A stretch of DNA of 57,829 nt from an uncultured Gammaproteobacteria bacterium (GTDB taxonomy: Bacteria; Patescibacteriota; Patescibacteriia; Patescibacteriales; UBA12465), in contig CAZPPI010000001.1 of the NCBI GenBank assembly GCA_964588435.1, positions 1 to 57,829 of the forward strand, read 5' to 3'. This document shows, one piece after another, positions 10,325 to 18,521 of the stretch. The notes under the pieces are model-generated. The model saw only the letters and a program-made list of their open reading frames with translations, had not been told where the DNA came from and made no database searches. A program made the translations under genes and the position numbers. Every line of letters begins with the position of its first letter. Positions within the stretch are counted from its first letter, which is position 1.

Positions 10325-10449
10325 ATACAATAGCCAGAGGCTTTTTTTATACTTGTCCCCTAAAAGGGGGCGGTTCTGACTGGCAAGTATTGCTTTTGGC
10401 GATATTTAGTTAGTGTGCACAGAGCCGCTCCCTTTTAGTTACCAAAAAT

Positions 10450-12078
10450 ATGAAAAATACGGACAAAAAATGCATTTTATATTGCCGGGTTTCCTCTAAA
10501 GAGCAAGAAGAAAAAGGTTATTCTTTAGGAGCTCAGGAGAAACTACTCAAAGATTACGCTAGTCGTAATGATTTTAGTATTGTGAAAACCTACAAGATTT
10601 CCGAATCCGCCAGCGGCAAGCTGATCAGGAAGACTTTTTCGGAAATGTTGGTTTATACTAAAAAGAATAAACTTAATCTTATTTTGGTTGAAAAAATAGA
10701 TAGGCTAACTCGCAATTTAAAAGATGCGGCGATTATTAGCGACTGGATAAATGAAGATGAAAAACACGAGATTCATTTTGTTAAAGAAAATTTTATTGTT
10801 AATCGCAATACCAGAGCTCACGAAAACTTAGTTTGGGATATGAAAGTGGCAATTGCTAGATTTTATACTAATAATTTGAGCGAAGAGGTAAAGAAAGGAC
10901 AGAAAGCTAAACTTGAATCCGGTTGGATGCCACAACGCCCTTGTTTAGGTTATAAAACAATTGGCGATAAGGGACATAAAACCCAAATTATTGATGAAAA
11001 AATCGCTCCTTTAATTAAACAAGCTTTTGAATTATATGCGAGCGGTAATTATTCTTTAAAATTTTTAGCGGCAGTAATGTTTAATAAAGGGCTCAAAGCG
11101 CCATCAGAAAAAAAGTTGGCGAGCAGTACTTTGTATAATATTCTCACTAATCCATTTTATATCGGACAAATTATTTGGAATAAAAAAGTCTATTCGGGCA
11201 ATCATGAGCCAATAGTATCCCAAGCATTATTTGATAAAGTGCAATTAAAAATTAAACGTAAATTATCGGCGACTCAATTTAAAAAACATCTATTTATTTT
11301 TAAAGGCAATATGCGCTGCGCTGAATGTGGCGGCATTATTAGTTGGAGTCAAAGAAAGGGTCATATTTATGGAACTTGTAATCATTACCGCCCTTGCTTG
11401 CAAAATATTAGAGTTAGAGAACAAGATATTATTGATCAATTAATGGTCTATCTAAAACAGATGAAAGCGGCTACACCAGACTTAATTGATTGGCTAGAGA
11501 ATACAATAAAGGAAGTTGAGCCGACCAATAATAACCTTCTAGAAAGCCAAAAACAGGCCCTAGGGGAGAGTTTAAAACGAATTGAGAATAGATTAGACCT
11601 AATCTATAATGACAAATTAGACGGCAAGATCACTGAAGATTTTTACCTTAAAAAATACAATGAATTTAATGCTGAAAAAATAGATTTAGAAAAGAAAATA
11701 AAACAATTTAGTTCGAATAATCAGATAAGTGATTTTGAAAAAGGCATCAAGCTTCATCGTTTAGCTTATGAGGCTCCAGACTTAATTGATAACACCGAAG
11801 AGGAGACTGAAACTAAACGTTTAGTTTTATCACAATTATTTTCGGACTTTTCATTAGAGGGCGATAAAATAAGGGTAAAACACACTTTAGGTGGCGGATT
11901 TCTTGCCGAATGGATGCCTCGTGTAAATAGCAGTTTCGGACCAGTAAAATTTGGCGAAGATTATGAAAAAACAGGCCTTTTACAACCTGTTAGTTCATCG
12001 ATGCTCTCTCTAATGGACTGCTTTCGAATTTACTTTATATCCACAACAAACAAGATTTTTGTACCGAGATTTAATTAA
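10450..12078 (+). CDS. Large serine recombinase 1
   Basis: 542 aa. The resolvase catalytic N-domain (ILYCRVSSKEQ, DRLTRN), a recombinase domain and a zinc ribbon (CAECGG...CNHY) are present. The C-terminus KTGLLQPVSSSML is paralogous to that of recombinase 2. Confidence 0.9.
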   Translation: MKNTDKKCILYCRVSSKEQEEKGYSLGAQEKLLKDYASRNDFSIVKTYKISESASGKLIRKTFSEMLVYTKKNKLNLILVEKIDRLTRNLKDAAIISDWINEDEKHEIHFVKENFIVNRNTRAHENLVWDMKVAIARFYTNNLSEEVKKGQKAKLESGWMPQRPCLGYKTIGDKGHKTQIIDEKIAPLIKQAFELYASGNYSLKFLAAVMFNKGLKAPSEKKLASSTLYNILTNPFYIGQIIWNKKVYSGNHEPIVSQALFDKVQLKIKRKLSATQFKKHLFIFKGNMRCAECGGIISWSQRKGHIYGTCNHYRPCLQNIRVREQDIIDQLMVYLKQMKAATPDLIDWLENTIKEVEPTNNNLLESQKQALGESLKRIENRLDLIYNDKLDGKITEDFYLKKYNEFNAEKIDLEKKIKQFSSNNQISDFEKGIKLHRLAYEAPDLIDNTEEETETKRLVLSQLFSDFSLEGDKIRVKHTLGGGFLAEWMPRVNSSFGPVKFGEDYEKTGLLQPVSSSMLSLMDCFRIYFISTTNKIFVPRFN

Positions 12079-13288
12079 ATTTTATTAACTCTCCATTTTC
12101 ATCATACCCATAAGACCTACTATTTCCCGAAGCATTCCATATCATATCAAATGCTGGTCGTAGTATTTTTGACACATCATCTTCAAAATCATTTAATATA
12201 ACTTCTGGCACACATATATCTTCTTCGCCTATTTCTTCGCTATCTAAAAGCCAATTTCCAGTTTTTATCAAAAAACCCTTAACTCCAATTAGCGAGATAA
12301 ATATAAAATATGGTGGCTCTATTTCTAATTTTTTTAGTATATCTAAATTATTCTGAATAAATTTAATCAGCTCTCTTTCTATCGCAATCATTGGTATAAT
12401 CCCTGTGTCTGCTCCGTGAGCAATCATCAAGGAATTAAAGCCCTCTATGGTACCATTACGGAATATCTGAGAATAGCTCGAGGAAAAACCATCACTCGGT
12501 GAATATGCGCAAACACCGTCCAAATTAATCCTTGTATTCCAACCAGACGAATATAATGGTCTAAAATCTATCTTGTGTTCTTTTAACTCTAATAATTGTT
12601 TGGATGTCAGCTTATTTTCATCAATAACACCAGATAATGGTATGATATGCACTGCGATAAAACTGTCTGAACTTTTCAACTTAACAGGACCATTATTAGC
12701 CTTGAGTTCAAAAATTCTATTTTTTCTAAAAATTCTTATACGATCAACTAAATTACTACCTTTAATAAACGCGTTTTTTAGCTCGTGCACATCCATTTCA
12801 TATTTTCCATTACTATTGCGTCTAAAAAATCTGTTAGAGTTTTTGAAAACAACCCTGTGAGGGCCATTCAAGCTTGGTTTTATTCTAATTAACAAAACAG
12901 ATTTTTTATCATCAACATCAATAGCACGAATATCAACCTCTATTCTCGGAGATATTCCGTCTCTAATAATACTTTCGAGCCTTTGAATTTCTGTATCTTT
13001 ATTTATATTCTCCAAACCAAATTCTTTATCTATCTCTTTTTTATTCTCAAAAATACCAAAAATTAAATCACCTCCATCGGTGTTAGAAAAAGAAGATACA
13101 TCAGCAAGAAATTCTTTTTTGTCATCATCGCCATTGCCAGGAACAGCCGATTTATATTCTAATGTTTTTCCTTCTAATACTTGATTATCAACCAAATTCT
13201 GTATATCGGATAACTCAATTGTATTAATATTTTTAGTAATCATATTTGCCAAACTATAAATTATTAATAAGCATATTAATATTTCCAA
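12071..13288 (-). CDS. AlbA_2 / Schlafen-like divergent-AAA domain protein with uncharacterised C-terminal domain
   Basis: 405 aa. KTLEYKSAVPG ... FSNTDGGDLIFGI matches the AlbA_2 signature (ExK ... AN/SNTxGGxLxxGV). The real start may be the internal Met at 13243. Confidence 0.7.
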   Translation of the reverse strand: MEILICLLIIYSLANMITKNINTIELSDIQNLVDNQVLEGKTLEYKSAVPGNGDDDKKEFLADVSSFSNTDGGDLIFGIFENKKEIDKEFGLENINKDTEIQRLESIIRDGISPRIEVDIRAIDVDDKKSVLLIRIKPSLNGPHRVVFKNSNRFFRRNSNGKYEMDVHELKNAFIKGSNLVDRIRIFRKNRIFELKANNGPVKLKSSDSFIAVHIIPLSGVIDENKLTSKQLLELKEHKIDFRPLYSSGWNTRINLDGVCAYSPSDGFSSSYSQIFRNGTIEGFNSLMIAHGADTGIIPMIAIERELIKFIQNNLDILKKLEIEPPYFIFISLIGVKGFLIKTGNWLLDSEEIGEEDICVPEVILNDFEDDVSKILRPAFDMIWNASGNSRSYGYDENGELIKFN

Positions 13289-13623
13289 ATACCGAGCTTT
13301 TTTAATGCAATCCTCGTCAATATATAAGATAGTGGGTATAAAAATTCAAACCAGTTTTCAAATAGAACACCCCAACCTAAAAAATATATGAGGATAAAAG
13401 CTATCAAAAGATATATTAAATTATAAACAACACTACCAATACCCCTATCAAAATATTTAATTACAAAAAATAATAAAATTAAATATATAATAGTATCTTT
13501 TGAAGTTTCCCATAAATTAGGCATCACTACTCCGAGAGCCTTAGCAATCTCTTGTTGAGCCTGCTCTAATATCTTTATAGGCTGAAACTGACTTAATGCA
13601 TTTTGTAAATCAGGGTCAGCCAT
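13276..13623 (-). CDS. Small membrane protein (2-3 predicted TM helices)
   Basis: 115 aa with the hydrophobic stretches IIYLILLFFVI and LIYLLIAFILIYFLGWGVLF. It is translationally coupled to both neighbours. Confidence 0.6.
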   Translation of the reverse strand: MADPDLQNALSQFQPIKILEQAQQEIAKALGVVMPNLWETSKDTIIYLILLFFVIKYFDRGIGSVVYNLIYLLIAFILIYFLGWGVLFENWFEFLYPLSYILTRIALKKLGIWKY

Positions 13624-13624
13624 A

Positions 13625-14437
13625 TTAAATATCTGCTCTATTAATTATCTCATATCTTTTTTGTAATGGTGGACATAAAATAGAAAAAGAATTATCAAAA
13701 GACAAAACGGTCCTTTTCTTACCACAATCAACTGATATGATAGCATCACCGATACCTTTATTATTTCTTAACTTATCCGCGTTTTTAATATCATCTTTTA
13801 TTTCTTTCAAATATTTATACATACTGACTAATTTTTTATCATCACGGAATTCATCGCAACCCAACAAATTAACCAATTCTTTGTCATACTTAATCCAAAA
13901 ATCATTTAATGGTAAACATTTTCTCTTATTATAAGCCGATATAAATTCCTTATATTCTTTCTCATTTCTTATATTTAATTTTATAATTTCATCATTTTGG
14001 AATTCTCCAACCATAGAACTAACATAAGTATAAAAAACTTCTTCCAAATTAAATATTACGGCTCTTAATTGTCTCAAACAAAGATTTATATTTTTACATT
14101 CTATAGATGTGCTAATTCTAAAAATAACCGATGTCATAATCAAAGCATTTTTCACCTGTCTTACTTGAAATTTATTAGACCATTCAGAAAAAGCTTTTGA
14201 CACATCACCAAGAATTTTTACCAAGAAATAAAAATCTATTATACTTTTTAACAATCCGGTCTTAAATTCATAAAGAACAAAATATGAACAAACAATAGTT
14301 GATCCATCACTGGTTTTCTTATATAAAAAATCAGACACTTCTGGACTTTTGCATCTCTCAATCTGAACAGAAGTGTCTAATAAATAACTATTTTTTTGTT
14401 TGCAGTTATTCTTCTTTTTCATTAGATAAAATTTCAA
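13625..14437 (-). CDS. PIN-like nuclease domain protein with large helical insertion
   Basis: 270 aa. Four acidic positions occur in PIN order: YLLDTSV, FVLYEFKTG, GIGDAIIS and LSFDNSF. Confidence 0.6.
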   Translation of the reverse strand: MKFYLMKKKNNCKQKNSYLLDTSVQIERCKSPEVSDFLYKKTSDGSTIVCSYFVLYEFKTGLLKSIIDFYFLVKILGDVSKAFSEWSNKFQVRQVKNALIMTSVIFRISTSIECKNINLCLRQLRAVIFNLEEVFYTYVSSMVGEFQNDEIIKLNIRNEKEYKEFISAYNKRKCLPLNDFWIKYDKELVNLLGCDEFRDDKKLVSMYKYLKEIKDDIKNADKLRNNKGIGDAIISVDCGKKRTVLSFDNSFSILCPPLQKRYEIINRADI

Positions 14438-14984
14438 TTTTTAATCTGTTAACTTGTTTGGAAAAAATTTTCAATTTATCCCAATCAATAACGCCATCTA
14501 TAAATCTTGATAACTCCCCGATAAAAGACTTGATTTGCCCTTCCGAAATATTAACCCAACAGTTATTATCCATTATAAGACTTACGGAGTTTACAAAAAT
14601 ATCATTTTCTTCTTTAGCAGAAAGATACCTGTCATAATGATAAATTTTATTTTTTATTTCATCTATCTTAAACAAACTATCTTCTGTTCCATTTTCAAGC
14701 CAGTAACTAAAATCGTCTATCAAATCTTTAACAAATTTTGCGGAATTAAATTCAACATATTCATTTGAAAATTTAACACCAGTACTGTATTCCCGAAAAA
14801 AATCAATTCTATTATCATTTTTACCATTATCACTCTCCTGTTTTATCTTCTCGCTTGTAAAAATATCGTCTCGAGAATATTTTTTTGGCACGTTAAAACT
14901 TGGGGAAATTGTTTCTTTCTTATTTTCTTCTTCTTTATCTATCTCAATTCTTGAAATTGTATGACTATAGTCAATGAGCTGCAT
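14406..14984 (-). CDS. Hypothetical protein
   Basis: 192-aa ORF that overlaps the downstream PIN gene by 32 nt. No recognisable motif. Confidence 0.55.
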   Translation of the reverse strand: MQLIDYSHTISRIEIDKEEENKKETISPSFNVPKKYSRDDIFTSEKIKQESDNGKNDNRIDFFREYSTGVKFSNEYVEFNSAKFVKDLIDDFSYWLENGTEDSLFKIDEIKNKIYHYDRYLSAKEENDIFVNSVSLIMDNNCWVNISEGQIKSFIGELSRFIDGVIDWDKLKIFSKQVNRLKIEILSNEKEE

Positions 14985-14987
14985 AAA

Positions 14988-15731
14988 CTATTGAATGATA
15001 TATTCTAAATAAGAACTCGCAATTTCTAAATTTTTATCAATCAAATTATCAATTTTTTCTATATTCTTTTCTGATTTTATATAAGTATCAACATCTAAAT
15101 AAATAAAACTTTTATATTCATCCATTTTGGCACTAATTTTTTCAACGTCAAACTGACTATTAAATCTCTGCAATGCCTCGTCTTTGGTAACTGGCCCCAA
15201 TATTACATTATTATTAATTCCGTCCTTAATAGCATTTATTGAAAACAAAACATCATTAACACTGTCTGATGATATTTGTAAAATATCATTCGTGTATATT
15301 TTTGAATGCAATAAATCCACAAGTTCATTAAAATCAAATTTAGTGCCAAAGATTTGGATATTCCTAAAACCCAAATGTTCAAATTCCTTTTCTTTGTCGT
15401 TCATTAAGCTAAATGCTTTTTGAAGATTAGCACTAAGCTCTTCCGTGTTTTCTTCTTTTTCATTTATATAAGAAAGTGAATTATACAAAATTTGAAACAA
15501 TTTATATTCGTCAGGAGAGTAAAGTGTAACATCTTGTCTGTTGGCTATACGCCAATGTTCAAATTCTTTTTCAAAATTTTTAGAAACAGCAATAGTATCC
15601 TGCCAAGATGAAAGAGTTGGCACAAAACGAACTTGCCCAATTATTCTTTGGCCAATTTTTATAAAATTTTTTGTCATATATTTGTAATTATAAATTACCA
15701 CATATAAACCCTTTTGTAAATCAAAAAACAC
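14988..15731 (-). CDS. Hypothetical protein (first gene of the five-gene operon)
   Basis: 247-aa ORF, 3 nt upstream of the next gene. The start is probably the internal MTKNFIKIG. No recognisable motif. Confidence 0.55.
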   Translation of the reverse strand: MFFDLQKGLYVVIYNYKYMTKNFIKIGQRIIGQVRFVPTLSSWQDTIAVSKNFEKEFEHWRIANRQDVTLYSPDEYKLFQILYNSLSYINEKEENTEELSANLQKAFSLMNDKEKEFEHLGFRNIQIFGTKFDFNELVDLLHSKIYTNDILQISSDSVNDVLFSINAIKDGINNNVILGPVTKDEALQRFNSQFDVEKISAKMDEYKSFIYLDVDTYIKSEKNIEKIDNLIDKNLEIASSYLEYIIQ

Positions 15732-15776
15732 AACTGCAAATTTGATATTTAGCCAAAATTATGTTAAATTATAATC

Positions 15777-15945
15777 GACTACCCAATTAAAAGTTCACGA
15801 TCATAAAGCCCGCTTTGGCGGTTTTTGTCCGTCTTTTGTCTCACGCTTGTGGGCAGAGATGGGCAGTTAACCTTCCACAAGCGAGACTTTCGGGCCTTCG
15901 TGAACAGTGGGTAGTCAGGTTTGACTGCCCTTTTTTGTTGGGCAG
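15777..15945 (+). ncRNA. Candidate structured RNA or 5' leader (multi-helix junction)
   Basis: Nested long-range pairings are GACTACCCA/TGGGTAGTC (15777-85 with 15908-16), GTTCACGA/TCGTGAAC, GCCCG/CGGGC and GTCTC-a-CGCTTGTGG/CCACAAGCG-AGAC. A 3' hairpin CTGCCC..GGGCAG follows. A TATAAT box at 15770-15775 lies just upstream. The region is locally GC-richer than its flanks. Confidence 0.5.
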
Positions 15946-15970
15946 GAATTTATAAATTTAATATAAATCT

Positions 15971-16558
15971 ATGCCAAACGAAACAATGAAAAAATGTAAA
16001 AAGTGTGGAGAGGAGATTTTAGCATCAGCTAAAACCTGTAAACATTGTCATTCTGATTTACGAAACTGGTTTATGAAACATAAAATCATAACCATCTTTG
16101 TAATATTCCCCATTGTGCTTACAATGTTTGTAAGTGCTTTTAATGATTTAGATGATGCAAAAAATGAAGATAATAATACTGGTTCAAATAACACAATTCA
16201 AAGCGAGGTTAAAATAGAACCAAAAACCATTACCGAAATTGAGATATCATCCTCAAAAATAACGAAAGATAGCATTGGCACGCCAATACTTAATGTTTCT
16301 TTTCTTAATAAAACAGATAAGACGGTTGACGGTGTTGATATTGAAGCGTATTTCTTGAACAACTTTGATGAACCAGTCGGTCAATTTGGCATGAAGCGAG
16401 AAGAAGCTTTTGGCGGTTCTATTCAAGAAAAAATCAATCCAAAAGGAACTTATACCGCTCAATGGAATTTAGCAGTATACGAACAAACGACTAAAATTAA
16501 GTCTATAAAAATAACACGGGTTCATTTTACAGACGGGACGATAGTTGAAGCAAACTAA
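15971..16558 (+). CDS. Zinc-ribbon / single-pass membrane protein with extracytoplasmic domain
   Basis: 195 aa. CKKCGEE...CKHCHS zinc ribbon, then the TM helix IITIFVIFPIVLTMFV, then a beta-rich C-terminal domain. Confidence 0.7.
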   Translation: MPNETMKKCKKCGEEILASAKTCKHCHSDLRNWFMKHKIITIFVIFPIVLTMFVSAFNDLDDAKNEDNNTGSNNTIQSEVKIEPKTITEIEISSSKITKDSIGTPILNVSFLNKTDKTVDGVDIEAYFLNNFDEPVGQFGMKREEAFGGSIQEKINPKGTYTAQWNLAVYEQTTKIKSIKITRVHFTDGTIVEAN

Positions 16559-16670
16559 GTCATAAAATCCCCTTCCCGACTTTCAAGATATACATACTCA
16601 ATTTTAAGATAAAAAGACCGCTATGAGGCAGTTTTAGGGCTTAAAATTGATATTTAAGCAGTAATAAGTC

Positions 16671-16802
16671 ATAGACAAACCTAACAAACTTAACACTCAC
16701 ATTAATAGATAAACCTGACAAACCTGACACTTACTCAAGGAGACGAATTGGACAAATCGGAGACCCACTTAAATAGACAAACCTCACAAACCTCACACCC
16801 AC
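16671..16802 (+). repeat. Iteron-like direct repeats (3 good copies plus 1 degenerate, 34-bp phasing)
   Basis: ATAGACAAACCTaACAAACtTaACACtCAC (16671-16700), ATAGAtAAACCTgACAAACCTgACACttAC (16705-16734) and ATAGACAAACCTcACAAACCTcACACcCAC (16773-16802). A degenerate copy lies at 16739-16768. Confidence 0.75.
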
Positions 16803-16831
16803 TTTAGGGGGCAAATTAAACACTAACAAGC

Positions 16832-16858
16832 AAACCGCCAAAAAGCGGTTTTTGTTTT
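16832..16858 (+). terminator. Rho-independent terminator
   Basis: AAACCGC-CAAAAA-GCGGTTT followed by TTGTTTT. Confidence 0.6.
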
Positions 16859-16902
16859 ATATTTATAAATAAAAATGTTAAAATATAATAAATATAAATG
16901 AT

Positions 16903-17352
16903 ATGAAAAATGTAAATAATCAAAATGATTGTATTATAATAAAACAAGGTCGTCGCATCCAAATTTCTTTTGGACCAAAAACAAATCTCACTGAAATAAG
17001 AGAATTTATATCTAAAAATAGTGTCATAATCAAAAATTTACAAAAAGATATATTAACCAAACAAGGGATTAAGAAAGAAAAAAGGAAAAAGTTTACATAT
17101 AACGAAATTAGAGATAAAAGAATTTGTGAACTTAGTCTACTTAAAAGAAATGAGTTGTTAGATTTAATTATTAAAAAAGAAGACTACAAATTAATTAACT
17201 ATAAAGACAGTTTAATAGCCGAAATTATTAATCAAGACATAAAGCCTATTTTTTTCTTAGGAAAAGATATTGCTCCAGCTAAAATAAGTTCTGACAATGT
17301 CAGAAAAATAATATCAAGAAAAAAGAGGCTATTTTTACAAGGAAAATTATAG
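16903..17352 (+). CDS. Hypothetical basic protein (element B)
   Basis: 149-aa Lys-rich ORF with no recognisable motif. Confidence 0.55.
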   Translation: MKNVNNQNDCIIIKQGRRIQISFGPKTNLTEIREFISKNSVIIKNLQKDILTKQGIKKEKRKKFTYNEIRDKRICELSLLKRNELLDLIIKKEDYKLINYKDSLIAEIINQDIKPIFFLGKDIAPAKISSDNVRKIISRKKRLFLQGKL

Positions 17353-17439
17353 CTTGTGACAAATTTCTTTAGAAGATAAAAGTAGATTATTGTCACAATA
17401 AAAAGAGGTATTCTTATAGTAGAATGCCTTTTTTATTTT

Positions 17440-17679
17440 ATGAAAAATGTGGATAACTTCAAAACCAAAGACCAATTTCTTGCCAGTACGCTTTATGCTC
17501 TTGGCGAGAGATTTTTGTTTTCTGAATGGGAAGACGGAAAGTGTTTTATATTTTTTGATAGTAAAGATAAATGCGAGCTAATAGTTTCTAAATATTATTC
17601 GGGGGAATTAAAAATTGATCCAAGAATTTTATTTGATAGCTTTAAGACAATTAAAACAATTATTTTTGGTCAAAAATAA
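17440..17679 (+). CDS. DUF5659-like small protein
   Basis: 79 aa. FKTKDQFLASTLYALGERF...CFIFFD...YYSGELKIDPRILFDSFKTIK matches my recollection of the DUF5659 pattern common in phage and CPR elements. Confidence 0.55.
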   Translation: MKNVDNFKTKDQFLASTLYALGERFLFSEWEDGKCFIFFDSKDKCELIVSKYYSGELKIDPRILFDSFKTIKTIIFGQK

Positions 17680-17689
17680 TCAACATTAA

Positions 17690-18325
17690 ATGAATATGAA
17701 ATATGAAAATCAAAAACCGTTTATTCCAGTCTTGAGAAATCTCAGAGAAGATTTTCTTGTTACAGGAAAAATCAGCTACAAAGAATTTTCGGTTATCTGT
17801 TTGCTTTATTTCTTAACAAATCCCATGAACGGACAAGCATCGGTTAGTTATTCTCAGTTGAGAGAGGAAACAAAAATAAAAAAAGATTATCTAAGAAGAA
17901 TTTTACAAAATCTTCTTTTTCACAAGTTAATATGGTTTAAGTCTCACAAAGGCAGGGGTGGGAGTTTCCCAATATGGATAGACGGTTTTATTAAAAGCAA
18001 AGGTGGTCCTAACGACATTGAGCAAATCAAAAAAAGAGAGCTAAATCATTACTCGCGACCAAGTAGCCACGGGTCTTTTTCACAAGCAGACAACGAAGTT
18101 GACGATGATTTTCACAACTTAAAAAATAGTTTTAATTCTGAAATAACTAAACAAAACGACTTAAGTATCAACCAAACTTTCACAACCGCCCATAATAATA
18201 ATGATAATAATAAAGAAAATGATTTATCTTTTGAAAAAAACAAAAAAGGATTAGATATCCTAAAAAATAAAATGACAGAAATCAATAACAAGAAAAAAAA
18301 TCTTGTTGATAAATATTCAATGTAA
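17690..18325 (+). CDS. Winged-helix DNA-binding protein, candidate iteron-binding replication initiator
   Basis: 211 aa. The N-terminal ~100 aa look wHTH-like (SYSQLREETKIKKDYLRRILQNLLFHKLIWF), and the tail is low-complexity and N/K-rich. It lies downstream of the iterons. Confidence 0.5.
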   Translation: MNMKYENQKPFIPVLRNLREDFLVTGKISYKEFSVICLLYFLTNPMNGQASVSYSQLREETKIKKDYLRRILQNLLFHKLIWFKSHKGRGGSFPIWIDGFIKSKGGPNDIEQIKKRELNHYSRPSSHGSFSQADNEVDDDFHNLKNSFNSEITKQNDLSINQTFTTAHNNNDNNKENDLSFEKNKKGLDILKNKMTEINNKKKNLVDKYSM

Positions 18326-18489
18326 TGAAATTAGATAAAAAAGCAATTAAAGAATTTCAAGAAATATACCGAGGAGATTACGGTGTAAATCTTGAATTTT
18401 CCGAAGCCGAGAAATTGGCTATCAGCTTTTTTATGCAAATGACGGCAATTTACAAAGAAATCCCCAAGAAGAGCTTTGATAATTATTAA
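18325..18489 (+). CDS. Small protein (54 aa), homologue of 10148..10324
   Basis: Its start overlaps the upstream stop codon (TAATG). MKLDKKAIKEFQEIYRGDYGVNLEFSEAEKLAISFF... The ORF ends 32 nt before recombinase 2. Confidence 0.5.
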   Translation: MKLDKKAIKEFQEIYRGDYGVNLEFSEAEKLAISFFMQMTAIYKEIPKKSFDNY

Positions 18490-18521
18490 AAACCATTATA
18501 ATAACGGCTAAATATAAATAT

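Larger units (their letters stand above)
7700..12006 (+). mobile_element. Integrative element A: RC-Rep plasmid/phage-like module ending in large serine recombinase 1 (left boundary approximate)
   Basis: All genes are co-oriented: a hypothetical gene, an HUH Rep, two small ORFs and a serine recombinase. The right boundary is placed where the recombinase 1 / recombinase 2 homology stops (after ATGCTC at 12001-12006). Confidence 0.4.

Noticed and set aside
12007-12035. Degenerate copy of the tRNA-Asn 3' half after recombinase 1 (a classical att direct repeat)
   Set aside because: Only a shifted TTCGAA and a few scattered identities match the tRNA T-arm, which is not distinguishable from chance in AT-rich DNA. 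The boundary is instead argued from where the recombinase homology stops.
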